A stretch of DNA of 55,930 nucleotides, filler included, from Bipalium vagum (Eukaryota): NCBI GenBank assembly GCA_037834085.1. It is 3 parts of 3 records of this genome, joined end to end, with 100 filler letters (N's around TTAATTAATTAA, not from the genome) between each part and the next. Parts side by side here need not be neighbours in the genome. Positions count along the whole stretch, not along the records: positions 1 to 15,811 come from JBBMKC010144599.1; 2 more parts are not named here. One strand, written 5' to 3'. The notes beneath the pieces were generated by a model. It was not told the DNA's origin and did no database searches. It saw only the letters and a program-made list of their open reading frames with translations. Shown here one piece after another: positions 1 through 11,200 of the stretch. A program made the translations under genes and the position numbers. Every line of letters starts with the position of its first letter. Positions within the stretch are counted from its first letter, which is position 1.

Positions 1-59
1 CAAACTTCGATCTTTTGCATACAATACCGCCAAATAATAAAATATGTAATTTTTTGTAA

Positions 60-270
60 ATATATTCTTATTACGTTCCTGGGTATTCATAAATTTTGTG
101 TTTAGCTAAATAAATGCGGATTTCATAGCTGTATTTTGCCGACCAGTTTTTTTCGAATACACCCTTTATATGTTGAGGTTTCCCTGAGACTCGAGCTGTT
201 TCACTATGAACTGTTTGATCTGTCAAACGCACAACCTTAGCTTGTACTCAAATTGCACTATAAGTACTTA
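60..270 (-). mobile_element. Possible Tc1-like transposase N-terminal (HTH) remnant
   Basis: Minus-strand reading TYSAI*VQAKVVRLT...TGR resembles the Tc1 paired-like HTH/GRPR region; heavily frameshifted. Confidence 0.3.
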
Positions 271-1029
271 TCGATTGAAAGATGACCTTCAAATAATCAA
301 TTTTAAATTAAATTAGAATCGGACTCAAAAAAATTTAAATACGATTCATAGATAAAAATCAGCACAATAAATAAAATATTTTATTATGACTAAAATATTG
401 AAATATATTTTTGAAATATCACAATTGCAAACTAAATAAACTTAATTAAATATAAGAATAATCTTTCCCTTTCAAGTTAAATGAAGAGTTCGTCAGATAA
501 AAAATAAGTTTCAGCTCACTAGTTCGAATGAGATATAAACAAAAGACAAAAACTCAAGAGCTATAAAAATATAAGAATATTATTAGTTAATCGATTCAAG
601 CCTTATTCTTAAACAATTGTAGGAATTACACTGACAGCAAGATTACTTAAAAATAGCTGTCACTTTATTTCAAATTTTACGAAGTTTCGTCTCGGTATTT
701 ATAATATTTTTACTATTTCATTTACTTTTACAGACTTATCATATATAAATAACATAATGTATGCTTAATGGTGTATTTATGCATAAACTGCAAGATCACC
801 ATTTAACCTGAAACCCATTTTATACAATGTTTTTTCATTTTTGATAAATTAAATAAACAATAATATTAATAATCTTTAAAACTATAGATATATTTATGTA
901 TTTGATTTTAAATATCCAACTGAAATAAAACAGAAAAGAAGCTAAAAGATGAAGAGGTTTTAGGAGACTTTTTTAAAAAATTATTACACAATTCATTTTA
1001 TTGAAAAAATTAGATGTTTGGAAAAGACA

Positions 1030-1870
1030 AAATATAAAAAAAGAATTTAAAAAGCCTAAACAATATCTTGAAGTTAAGGTTCTTCAAGAAAAAAAAGATA
1101 AAAAAAGAAATTAAAGATATAAAGATGACATTTGGAGTGCATATTTAATCTTTGTACCATGTGAAAGAAACTATAAAATGATATTAACAATTATAGATTT
1201 ATATAGATTTATATACAAAATATGCTTTTGCTATTCCTTTAAAAAATAAAACTGGAAAATCTATAACAGAAGCTTTTGATGAAATATTTAGTGAAAGAAA
1301 ACCTAAAAAACTTTGTTGATAAACATACTGAATTTTATAATAAAACTTTGGAAGGTTTTTTGATAAAAATAAAAGAGAAATTTATTCAACAGAGAATGGT
1401 AAAGCTGTTTTCATTGAAAGATTTAATAGAACTTTGAAGAATATGATGTTTAAAAAATTTAGGGAACAAGATAACAAAAAATTGTTAAATCTATTACCAA
1501 ATTTAATAAATATTTAATATAATCAACCACTTAGTGATCTTAGGTCTTCGACCGATAAAGTTTGATCGGAATGATCGAAATTACACCTGAAGAAGCATTT
1601 AAAAATCTTCAAATTTATAGATTGAGAAAGAAGAAAATCATAAATCAAATTATTCTTTAACTTCTAAATCAAAATATAATATGTAAGATCATGTAAGAAT
1701 TTTTAAATATATATAATAATAGATTTGAAAAAGTTATACAATAAAATGGACAGAGGAAATATTTATTTATAAATGAAATTTATTATTATCAAATCCAATA
1801 GTTTATGATATTAAAGATTTAAATGGTGAAAAAAAAGGTAGATTTTATGAAAATGAGTTGCAACAATGTT
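1030..1870 (+). pseudogene. Maverick c-integrase (retroviral-like rve) pseudogene
   Basis: Frameshifted motifs KDDIWSA(Y)L, YKMILTIIDLYTKYAFAIPLKNKTGKSITEAF, VDKHTEFYN, STENGKAVFIERFNRTLKNMMFK, KWTEEIF, YDIKDLNGE..GRFYENELQ; a 10-bp tandem duplication tatagattta at 1192-1211 breaks the frame. Confidence 0.93.
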
Positions 1871-2891
1871 ATTTGAGAAGTAAGACCGAGATTTGAAAAA
1901 TGATTTTTTTATAAATTAATTTGAAAATATTCATTTGTCATCTAATATATTTAATTCATAATATTTTTGAGAATATTTAGACAATTCTAATTTTTATAAA
2001 GTGAATTAAATTAAATATTTATTTTTAAAGGTTGTGGTTTAAATTTAACAAGTATTTAGTGTTTTATGGCTTTTAGTATTGGTAAATTTCATAATATAAT
2101 TAATAAAAACTTAAATTAAAAAAAATTAAAACAAAAACGGTTTACCATTTTAAGGTTTCATTTTTTTCAATTTTATTCTAACTCAAAAAAATGAAACCAT
2201 AAAATCGTTGACCGTGTTAAATCAATTGCATGAATAAACATGCGTAAAACTATTTACATAGAGAAAATTATAATTTCAATCTATTATTTGAAATATTTTT
2301 GTATATGATCTAGATCAAACTTAAATTCTCTATCTACTGGTATATTTTTCATTTTGATCCGATTATTGATTTTTAGTAATATCTCAGAAAGTAAATAAAT
2401 GACATATTTTTAATTTATGATAATTTTCAGCATATAATTCTCTATCTCATTGCACAAAAAATTTTCTACCGAGATTCATGATTTCAATAAGATATGCTCT
2501 ATGTGATAGAAGCAAAATCTTTTAGTTTCGATTACATAAAGAATATTCGAATTTCACATGTAGCTTAATTGAAGAGAAACTAAAATACCTAAAAAAATAA
2601 AAATTTTTTGAAGAAATATTAAGCTACATACAAAAATCTACCAGTAAAATCATAATCGATTTGAAAAATTAAAATTTTTTGTTGATATAATTATTCGAAT
2701 TTTTATACATTGGAATATCTGCTAAATGAAGATATATATAACAAATCTGTTGAAACTTGATAGTACACCTTCGAATGAGATGTTTCATTTTTATTGGATC
2801 AATGTTTGTTGTTTAATTAAAACAATAAAGTTTAAAATATAATATTTTCTTATTTATTATTAATTATGACAACATTGTTTTTTTTATAAAA

Positions 2892-3500
2892 ATGACTGAA
2901 ATCACAAAAATAACAAAAGAATATGAAGACATTCATAAATTAATAAATAATATGAAGATAAAATTAAAAACCATTTTGCAGTTGATGATTATAAAACAAG
3001 CCAGTATGAAAAAATTACACGTATTATTTTTTGGTATTTTTATTGAAAATTTTAAACAAGAAATATTATAAATTCTAGAAATCAATTTAACCGAGTTAGT
3101 GTATTTGGTTTGAAAGAAAAAATATTATTAAAAAAGAATTTACAATAATATTAATTGCAGATAAAAATGAATACACTATTAATAATGTTACAAATTTTGG
3201 ATCAGCAAATAATTATCATGTTTTCGGTTGATATAACACATAAAAATTATTTTATGGTTGATGGAAAACCTTTACAGAAAACACCTGTTAAACATAATAA
3301 GAGAAGAGATTTAATATTTTTATGCTATAGGAGTTTAAAACAACTAGGTCCACCTACAAAATATTACTTTGATTATAATTCTGAAAAATATTTAAGTGAA
3401 TGTAAAGAAAATATTAGTAATATTAAATTAAAAATTTAATTAAGACATAAAATTTATGAAATTCTATTTTTCATAGTTTTTTAAAAGATGAAGAACTAAA
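2892..3500 (+). pseudogene. Uncharacterised Maverick ORF remnant
   Basis: ATG at 2892 and broken frames including ORF 3155-3439; K/I/N-rich like its Maverick neighbours; no motif recognised. Confidence 0.3.
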
Positions 3501-3588
3501 AGAAAAAGAAATTTTTATGAAATCATTTTCTCCTAGTCTACCTTACAATGTAAAGTTCTTAAGACTTTAAAATTTTTTATTATAAAAA

Positions 3589-4400
3589 ATGGAAGACAAA
3601 TTTTATGATTATACTATTATAAAAAGATAATGAAATTTTTTTTAAAAAAATGAAAATTCCGAAGTTATTAAACCAAGCCCCTCTTTATCCAAAATTAGGA
3701 AAATAAGAAATGGACATATTTTCAAATCAAATAAAGTTTGTGGAACATCTTCGGTCTACATTTCAAATTATTGATCAATTAGAAAAAATAAAAATTAAAA
3801 ATTTTGTAAAGGAGAAAAGGTTTTAGAGGATTTATTAATACATTTTAAAAAATTAAAATTCAAATATACTTTTATAGATTCTCATTTAAAACTAAGAAGT
3901 ATTTTTATTGGAGGAATTTTAGGAATTGGAACTGCTATTATGATAGGTATACCAACATCTGAAACTAGTTTATTAGTTTAAATTCATATTGAAATATAAA
4001 TTTTTGGAGCTGTAATTTACTTATTGGAGAATCAATTATTATAGGAATTACTTCTAAAAGGAAAATGATTTATAGAGAAATTTGTGAAACCATAGAATCA
4101 ACAATTAGTAACTGTATATATTTCAATTAAAAGCATTAGAAGATAAAATATGGTCTAATGAAGAAATTGAACAAGCAAAAATATTAATTACTGAATTTAA
4201 AGAAAATATTAAAAAAAATAAAATCAGGGAATATTATTAAAAATGTAGATAAGGAAGTTAAAAAAGCATTGAAACAAAGTTCTCATGACGAAATAGCAGA
4301 ATCCAAACGACGTTCCCACAATGCGAGAGCAGAATTGAAACAAGAGTTTAAAAAGATTATAGAGAGAAGATGCAAAGCCTTTAAAATATGCTCTTTTTAA
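3589..4400 (+). pseudogene. Maverick/adintovirus predicted membrane protein (gasderminX-like) remnant
   Basis: Basic helix, Gly-rich hydrophobic hairpin SIFIGGILGIGTAIMIGIPTS...GESIIIGITSKRK, then YREICETIESTIS and KALEDKIWSNEEI (KALxDxxISxEE-type motif). Confidence 0.55.
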
Positions 4401-4410
4401 AATTTAAAAA

Positions 4411-5140
4411 ATGGATGATAATCAAAATTCAATTGATCTTAAAAAAAAGAATTAAAAAATTATAAAAATTAATATAAACAAAAAATAATTGTGAAAATAA
4501 CGAATTAAACCAATGGAAAACAAAAAGAGGATTAGAACAAGATTTAATGCATTTCCATAAACCATTTACTGATGCTCCAAGCATAAATATAAAAATGAAA
4601 AGACTAATAAAGAAAATATAATAGTTGAAAAACCTTCAATAGATTTTAGTATACAACTTTATTATCTTTAACTTTGGATTTATATGCTGCTTATTTAACA
4701 CTAACCATAACTCCATCAATTATAGGTAACACATTAATAATAAATGACATCCCAAAATGAAAAAATATTTTCAAAAAACTCTGATCAAGATAATTTTGAA
4801 CCAAGTGATGAAAAATTATTTGAATTAACTAATGATTTAAAATTAATAATAACTAAAAGACTAATTATCTTCAGATAATAAAATTATCAAAATCTAGTTT
4901 AACTAGTATTTACATTTAAAATATAAAAAAGAATTAAAAATAAATATAAAACTAAAGAGGTGGACAAGGATATAAAATTTATAAACAAAAATATATACTT
5001 GGTCAATTTGTAACTTTAAGAAAATATTTATCTGCTAAAAAAGCTGGTCATAATAATGTAGATCATTAAATTTCTAAAATTTTTAATAAATTTGAAAAGC
5101 AAAAAAGTATCTTTAATGATTATTGTGAAAAAAATAAAAA
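4411..5140 (+). pseudogene. Conserved Maverick/adintovirus protein with C-terminal KAG[H/N]NN motif, remnant
   Basis: N-terminal LEQDLMHFHKPFTD and C-terminal LRKYLSAKKAGHNNVDH*ISKIFNKF; lies directly upstream of the penton. Confidence 0.6.
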
Positions 5141-5185
5141 TTAAATTTTATGTAGATTCTGATTAAAATATTTTATTTTTAAAAC

Positions 5186-5390
5186 ATGGAAGAATCTCTA
5201 CAAAAAATATTAAATATTTTATCTCAAAAATTTTGATCATGTATTGTAGAAAGAAAAAACTCGGATAAAACATTTAAGTTAAGATACATCACTAAATCTT
5301 GATCCAAATTTTAACTATGAATCTAATTTATTTTTCAACTTATAATTCTATTTTTAATATTACTGAAAAAATTAATAGAATAGATATAAC
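5186..5390 (+). pseudogene. Maverick minor capsid protein (penton) N-terminal fragment
   Basis: MEESLQKILNIL...LDPNFNYE..IYFSTYNSIFNITEK-N matches the penton N-terminal YExxL..YxSIxNIxxxNN pattern. Confidence 0.7.
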
Positions 5391-5399
5391 TCTTACATA

Positions 5400-5730
5400 T
5401 TTTACCAAGAAAAACAAATTTATTATGAAATATATGTTTTTACAAGAAAACTATATAAATTACAATAATCTTACTATTTTTTCAACCAGAAATTAAATAT
5501 TTAAGATATTTTCTTGAATATGGATTATCGAAAAAAAGTTTATGAAATTTTTAAATGTAAAATAAAACCCAAATTTGAAAAAATGATTATACAATAGAAT
5601 GAGAGTGAAGCTCCCAAGAGACCACATCTAATAAGGGTAACTTGGAAATATATAATATAATAGTCAATATCTAAGTAATCATAAATATCTTGTAAACTTG
5701 ATATTTGAAAATCTAATAAATCAGGATATA
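5400..5730 (+). pseudogene. Probable Maverick packaging ATPase (FtsK/A32-like) fragment
   Basis: LQENYINYNNLTIF..QPEIKYLRYFLEYGLSKK.VYEIF resembles the region after Walker A; Walker motifs themselves are not intact. Confidence 0.4.
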
Positions 5731-5798
5731 AATCCTATAAATATAAAATTGTATTTAATTTATTGTATTTTTTATCTACACAACTGCAAAAAATAATT

Positions 5799-6244
5799 CT
5801 AAGGTAATTTTGTAATAGTTTTCTTACGATCTTTAATGATCTCAAATTTCAGTTTATTGTTATCTCGACTTGTAGTTTTTCTGGGTCTACCTGAGTCTGG
5901 TTTTCTTTTTACAGAACCTGTTGTCTTGAACATTAAGCCAATTTTTTGTATAGTGGATAATGGAATTTGAATACCATATTTCTTCAAAATATTCTGCATT
6001 TCAGGATATGACAGTTTTGTGTAACAAAGGCCACATATATCCGATTTTTTATTTCGACATTTAAATGTGTCAGTTATTTTATTTATAACTTGAATTATTA
6101 AAACAAACATAACAAAAACACCAAATTACATACATATTACGTGCAAAAGCTTAAATATTAAAAATGTAATAAATGCTAACCAATTTAAACATTTTTATAA
6201 AAATGTTTTTTTTTGTGTAAGCCTCATTTTTTTGTCCAGCAGTG
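5799..6244 (-). mobile_element. Tc1-like transposon 5' end inserted in Maverick A
   Basis: ORF 5799-6110 contains an HTH and GSVKRKPDSGRPRKTT; minus-strand terminus TA-CACTGCTGGACAAAA at 6244. Confidence 0.85.
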
Positions 6245-6383
6245 TATTTCACTCATTTTTATATAAATAAAATATTTATTATATGAAAATTTTTAATCAA
6301 TATATTATTTGGAAAACATACACTCATTAGTTCAAGAAATAACTTCTACTTTATTACAATTATTCCATTTTACAATTATTATA

Positions 6384-7010
6384 TTAAATTGTATATCCAT
6401 ATGGAAAATAATAATCAGGAGTAAGATTTTATTTTGTGCTATTTTATTTTGTTGATATAAATAAATATTGTGTTTCTTAGATTTAATTCCATGATTTGCT
6501 TTCTTAATTATTTCTCCATTTAATGCATTTTCATAATCATTTAAATTTGTTTTAACTCTTTTATTAATATTTTTCATTCTTTTGCAAAATAATATTTCTT
6601 TAGTTTTATTATCGATTACTTCATAAGCATAAAATTTATAAAATAGGCTTCTTTAAATGTCTCATTTGGTTTCACATCTTTAAATTGAAATAATTCATTT
6701 TCTAAATAATTTAATAGTTTATTTTCATTTATTCTTAAGACATTCGTTTGTATCTAATTTATATTCTAATTTATTTATAATAAAGAATCAACAAAATGAA
6801 TTTTATATTTTCCAGATAATTCCTTTTCTAAAAAATTATATACAAAATCTTACATTATTAATTTAAAGTATTCTAAAATCCTACATAATTAAATTTATCA
6901 AATTTTATATTAGATTTTTATGTGACATGCAAGTATATTTTCTGAAAATATTTTTGATATCTCAAATAATAATTTTGATACATTTAATTCAAAGTTTTTA
7001 TAATTTCTAA
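6384..7010 (-). pseudogene. Protein-primed DNA polymerase B (pPolB) C-terminal fragment, type 1 (K..YVGF.ILE..K..MY.F.Y type)
   Basis: IKFDKFNYVG..LEYFKLIM*DFVYNFL..IHFVDSL, FKDVK, YENAL..NHGIKSKKHNIYLYQQNKIA, terminal FPYGYTI*. Confidence 0.85.
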
Positions 7011-7049
7011 CTATTTCAGATTCCAAAAAAAGAGAACAAACGATGGAAA

Positions 7050-7190
7050 AGTGCTCAAGCCAGAACTTGAGGATCATATAATTTTTTATTTTCGTTTCTA
7101 TTATATTTTTTGTCTTTTACTGTTCTTATTTCACACGCTAAGAAGGGCGATGAAATAAATTGTTTTCCAAATTGAGGAAATTTTTCTGAA
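7050..7190 (-). repeat. Dispersed repeat family, copy 1 (inverted relative to copy 2)
   Basis: Reverse complement aligns with 14180-14320 (cttagcgtgtgaaata...atgatcctcaRgtYctggcttgag). Confidence 0.85.
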
Positions 7191-7365
7191 TTAAAAACTC
7201 TAATAATTAAATTCCAAAACAAAATTATAAAAATCCATCAATGACGATAACACCAATTAGATTGTAAAAACTATTTTTATTCAAAATACACTTAATATAA
7301 GTAGCCTTTGCTCCAAAATCGATAACTCCTCACTTTATAATGTTGTGTTCTTTTACTACTGTAGT

Positions 7366-8149
7366 TGTTACAAATTTAAACTCAATTTGAATCAAAACCC
7401 AACAATGGAACTTTATTCGCACCCTAAATGAATCAAAAACAGTCACAATAAAACTTTATTGATATACAAAATTACACCTTTACACAGAATTCTCAATCAC
7501 CTACAGAATCAGTATTAGTCAAATGTCTAATAAGCACAACGTCAAAATGTTCCACTGTCCGCAAAATATCGACAAATGAATAAAAATAAAATATAATATG
7601 TAATCGAATAAATACCAAAACCAATTTACAATTAAAGAAAAACATTATGACTTTCAATTAGTTATCACAAAAGAAAAACAAAAAGAAATAGATAAATAGT
7701 CTCACCAGGAGCGACAAGGAATCCCCGGGTTGTTTATTAGGTTTTTTTCAGGTCACTTGGGGATTCCCTAACTCGCTGGGTCCCATGGTAAATCCGTTGG
7801 CATCGTCATCATGTTGAAGAAAATTGAAATCAAATTACTGGAATAATCAAATTTCTCGAAAGTCTTTGCCTTTGTCAAATAAAAATCAAATTTCATGAAT
7901 ATCTTTGTTTAACTATGGGCGAATTTCTGGGAATAGCCGTTTATTTATATAGCTGTAGAGATTGATCTACGATCACCAATCCCTCAGAGACGGCTATTTT
8001 CCTTAATAGACATTAATCTGACTCAATCAATCTCCACGCCGAGATAAACTATCTATAAACTATTATCTCTTTAGAAAAGTTGAAGATTTTAATTAATAAA
8101 ACTGATTACATATTTTAAGAAATAATTTTTATTTACAAATATATTTACA
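7366..8149 (-). other. Candidate solo LTR or divergent promoter with hairpin-rich leader
   Basis: Minus strand: TGTAAA...GTAACA ends, GC box, TGAGTCA, CCAAT, TATATAAATA (~7950), donor CCTG|GTGAG (7724), branch/acceptor ACTAAT..TGTAG, two AATAAA; no target-site duplication found. Confidence 0.35.
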
Positions 8150-8215
8150 TCACTTATAATCTAAAATAAAGTTTTAGTCAAGTAGATAATATTCTATCAA
8201 AAAATTAATCTAAAA

Positions 8216-11200
8216 ATGAGAAATTCAAAATTCAAAAACTATTCATCTTGTTTAAATAAGAATTATTTAGTGACTACTTTAAATGTGATGTTAAATAATT
8301 TATTAAATTTTGATTTTTTTGAAAACGAATTTCATAAATGTACTTCATCAGAGTTAACATTAAATACACAGCTATATTTATGTGGTTGGTATATAAAATT
8401 TTATTATCACATTTTATTATTTATCATTAGATTTTATATATAGAACAGAACTTGCTTGTATTAGTTATGATGAATTTGAAAAACTTAGAACTATTTCTAT
8501 TTATATTAAGTCATGGTGGATATATTTTATAATAACGAAAGTAAATAGTAAACTTAAAGATAATTTTTTCAATTATCAAATTCAACAAATCGAAATGATT
8601 TTAAAGCAACATTTAGAATTTATTGAATTTCACTTAAATGAATTAAAGAAGTATTTACATCATAAAAATGTAGCAGAAGACATAATTGATAGTTTCATTT
8701 GTCAAATTAATATAATTAAAGTTAATTAAAGCTGATTTTGTTTTTATACAATTAATTATTTTTAGAAACCAATTTTTGCAGGAATAAGTGAAAAGTTAAA
8801 TTCTTATCTGGAATCATTTAAACACGAACTTTTCGGTTTCAAGAATTTATTTATTGAATTATCTCCTCCATTTCTAACTAACGTTAGTTATTATGATAAA
8901 ATTACTTTTTATTTTCAAAAATTCTAGTATGAACAATATTTGAAAAGATCAGTCCACGAAAATCTTTTAAAGAACACGTAATATATTTTTTACAAAACTA
9001 TTGATCAAAAATTAAATAGAATATAAATTATTGAACTTATTTATTTTTATTAAAAGCTTTTTTTTTATTAATTTTGTCTTTATTTTAAAACCTTTTAACT
9101 TGAAAGTTAAATTAAATATAGATTGAATATTTTTTATCAGTCAAAATTATTATAGTATTAGTTTATATTTAAAATCACGATTACCATTTGATTTATGGTC
9201 ACAGTTATGGAATATTCATAGATATTCGTCCAGTAAAATTTTTTGAATCTTGGAATTTGCAATAGGAAAGAATAAATATTTATTAAAATTTTTCAAAATC
9301 TTCAATAAATTTTTTGTTTTCTTTTATAAATTATACCACTGTTTGTTGTAGTAATATTTTATTTTAAAAATTCTTGTTTGTTAAATAAGTTTTCATTTTT
9401 GAGTAGGTGTAGAATAAATTTAATAGATAAATTAAAACGAGGAAAAATGTGAAATCATTAATTTTTTAATTGACCTATTTTTGATATCAGAAAATCAATT
9501 CATTTTACTTATCACAGAAATGAATCTAAAACTTCGGTCAACTTTTGTTTTGTGAAGCTGATAACTTCGAAAATTGTAAAAAGGAATGTTGGTAAGATCA
9601 ATGAGATGCAAGGTTGATATTTAATTTTTCATCGATAGAGCTTACCGAAATTCATGAATATTGTAATGAAAAGAAAATGAGAGAAACCATTCGAAAAATT
9701 ATGAAAGTGAAGGAAGTTAATAATTTTTATTATTTTATGAAAGGTGAATTATCATTTTTGTTAGTGTGGATCTGGTGGAGTAGATCCAGAATTAGTAAAG
9801 GAAATCCAGGAATCTTTCAGGGATTATGGAAAATTTGTTTTTTTATTTGACAGTGAGTGTAATTGAGTTGATTCTTGAAATAAAATTAAGAATCTTTGAT
9901 TTTAAAGATATTTAAATTTAAAAGAAATTTGTTTTTCCTTTTAATGAAACAGAATATCGATTTCCAATATTTATTAAGAAAATTCAATGAAAACTAAGTC
10001 TTAGTTTCAAAATAATCGATTGTATGAGATTTCGTTGATCAATCTTCCTTTTAATTTTTAGAAGAATTTTGTTGTATCAAATGTAAAAGTCAATAGTAAT
10101 TTTGTTTCTTCATTAAATGGTATTATTATCATTATATAAATTAAGCGATTCAAACCACTACCTGCACGATTTCATCATTCATGATCAGTATTGCAATGAA
10201 AGTATAATTTTCATTTTTTAATTGGAAATCAAATAAAGCCATTGCATATGCTTAGATGAGGATGATGACGATTATCGGAATAAATTTAGTGATGGAGAAA
10301 CGAAATTTATGGATGATGGAAGCTCGATCAAATCAGTAAGCGAAGAAAATACCGGAAAATCAATAGCGACCTGTCAACAAAAAATTTCTTCAGCTACTCC
10401 ACAAATTTTAAAGATTGCCGAAATAAGCAATCCAAGTAAAGCAAAGGTCTCAGTAACAGATTCATTAAAATCTCCATCGTTGAGGAAAAAGAGAACAAAA
10501 AGAAAGCTTCTTGTGACACTAATGTCAAACCTTTCCGATATTTCACCGAGTAAGCTTATGGGCATTTATTCATAACTTTTGTACCATTGAGATTTTATAG
10601 TTCCATCTCCCAATCTTGAAAAATCACCAAAAAACCAGAACTCTGTGGCAAGCGGTTTTCCTGTTCAGCAAGTCTCAAAATGTATTTATTAAGTTTATTT
10701 TATCATTATTTTTCCTATTTATTTTATTTAATTTTTATAATTATTATGTTGAATATTTTCTTATTGAATTGAATTGATTCTTTCTGTTTATTCTAGCTAA
10801 TAACGACGCTGTCCATGATAGTGACTTTGAAGATTTATCTATAGGTAACAAGTTTTCCATTTAGCTTTCTGATACTTATAAAATGTCTTTCAGTTTATCC
10901 GAAAAGAAATGTAAACAAATCATTCCAGAAGAATGTTATTTCACCAACTAGTGAGGATTGTCTATTATTGATTTTCATTTCCATTCTTTTCATATTTCAA
11001 GAGAAATTACTAATTTCTGTTCATTAATTATATCTCTGAATATGATTTTAATCATTTTTAAATGATTAATCTTTATTCTTTTTGTTTTATTTTAATATTG
11101 ATTTTTTACAATTTGTTGGTGCTTTCAGATTTGACCAAAACAAGTTTTTCGACATTCTCAGGTAATTTTATGTTCAATGTTTTTTGGTATTATTTTCTTT

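Larger units (their letters stand above)
1000..7010. mobile_element. Degenerate Maverick/Polinton (adintovirus-like) element A
   Basis: Co-oriented pseudogenes (integrase, membrane protein, AGHNN protein, penton, probable ATPase) converge on a pPolB C-terminus; no terminal repeats identified. Confidence 0.85.

Noticed and set aside
4272-4340. GC-richer segment flanked by AGCAGAAT direct repeats as a mini-insertion
   Set aside because: Better explained as a diverged in-frame 33-nt tandem duplication
2880-5190. Shared T-run/AAAATG motif before Maverick ORFs as a viral late promoter
   Set aside because: The host genes here also start at AAAATG; explained by host initiation context and AT richness
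7420-7427. ACCCTAA as a telomerase template or telomeric seed
   Set aside because: A single 7-mer expected by chance; no telomeric arrays anywhere in the window
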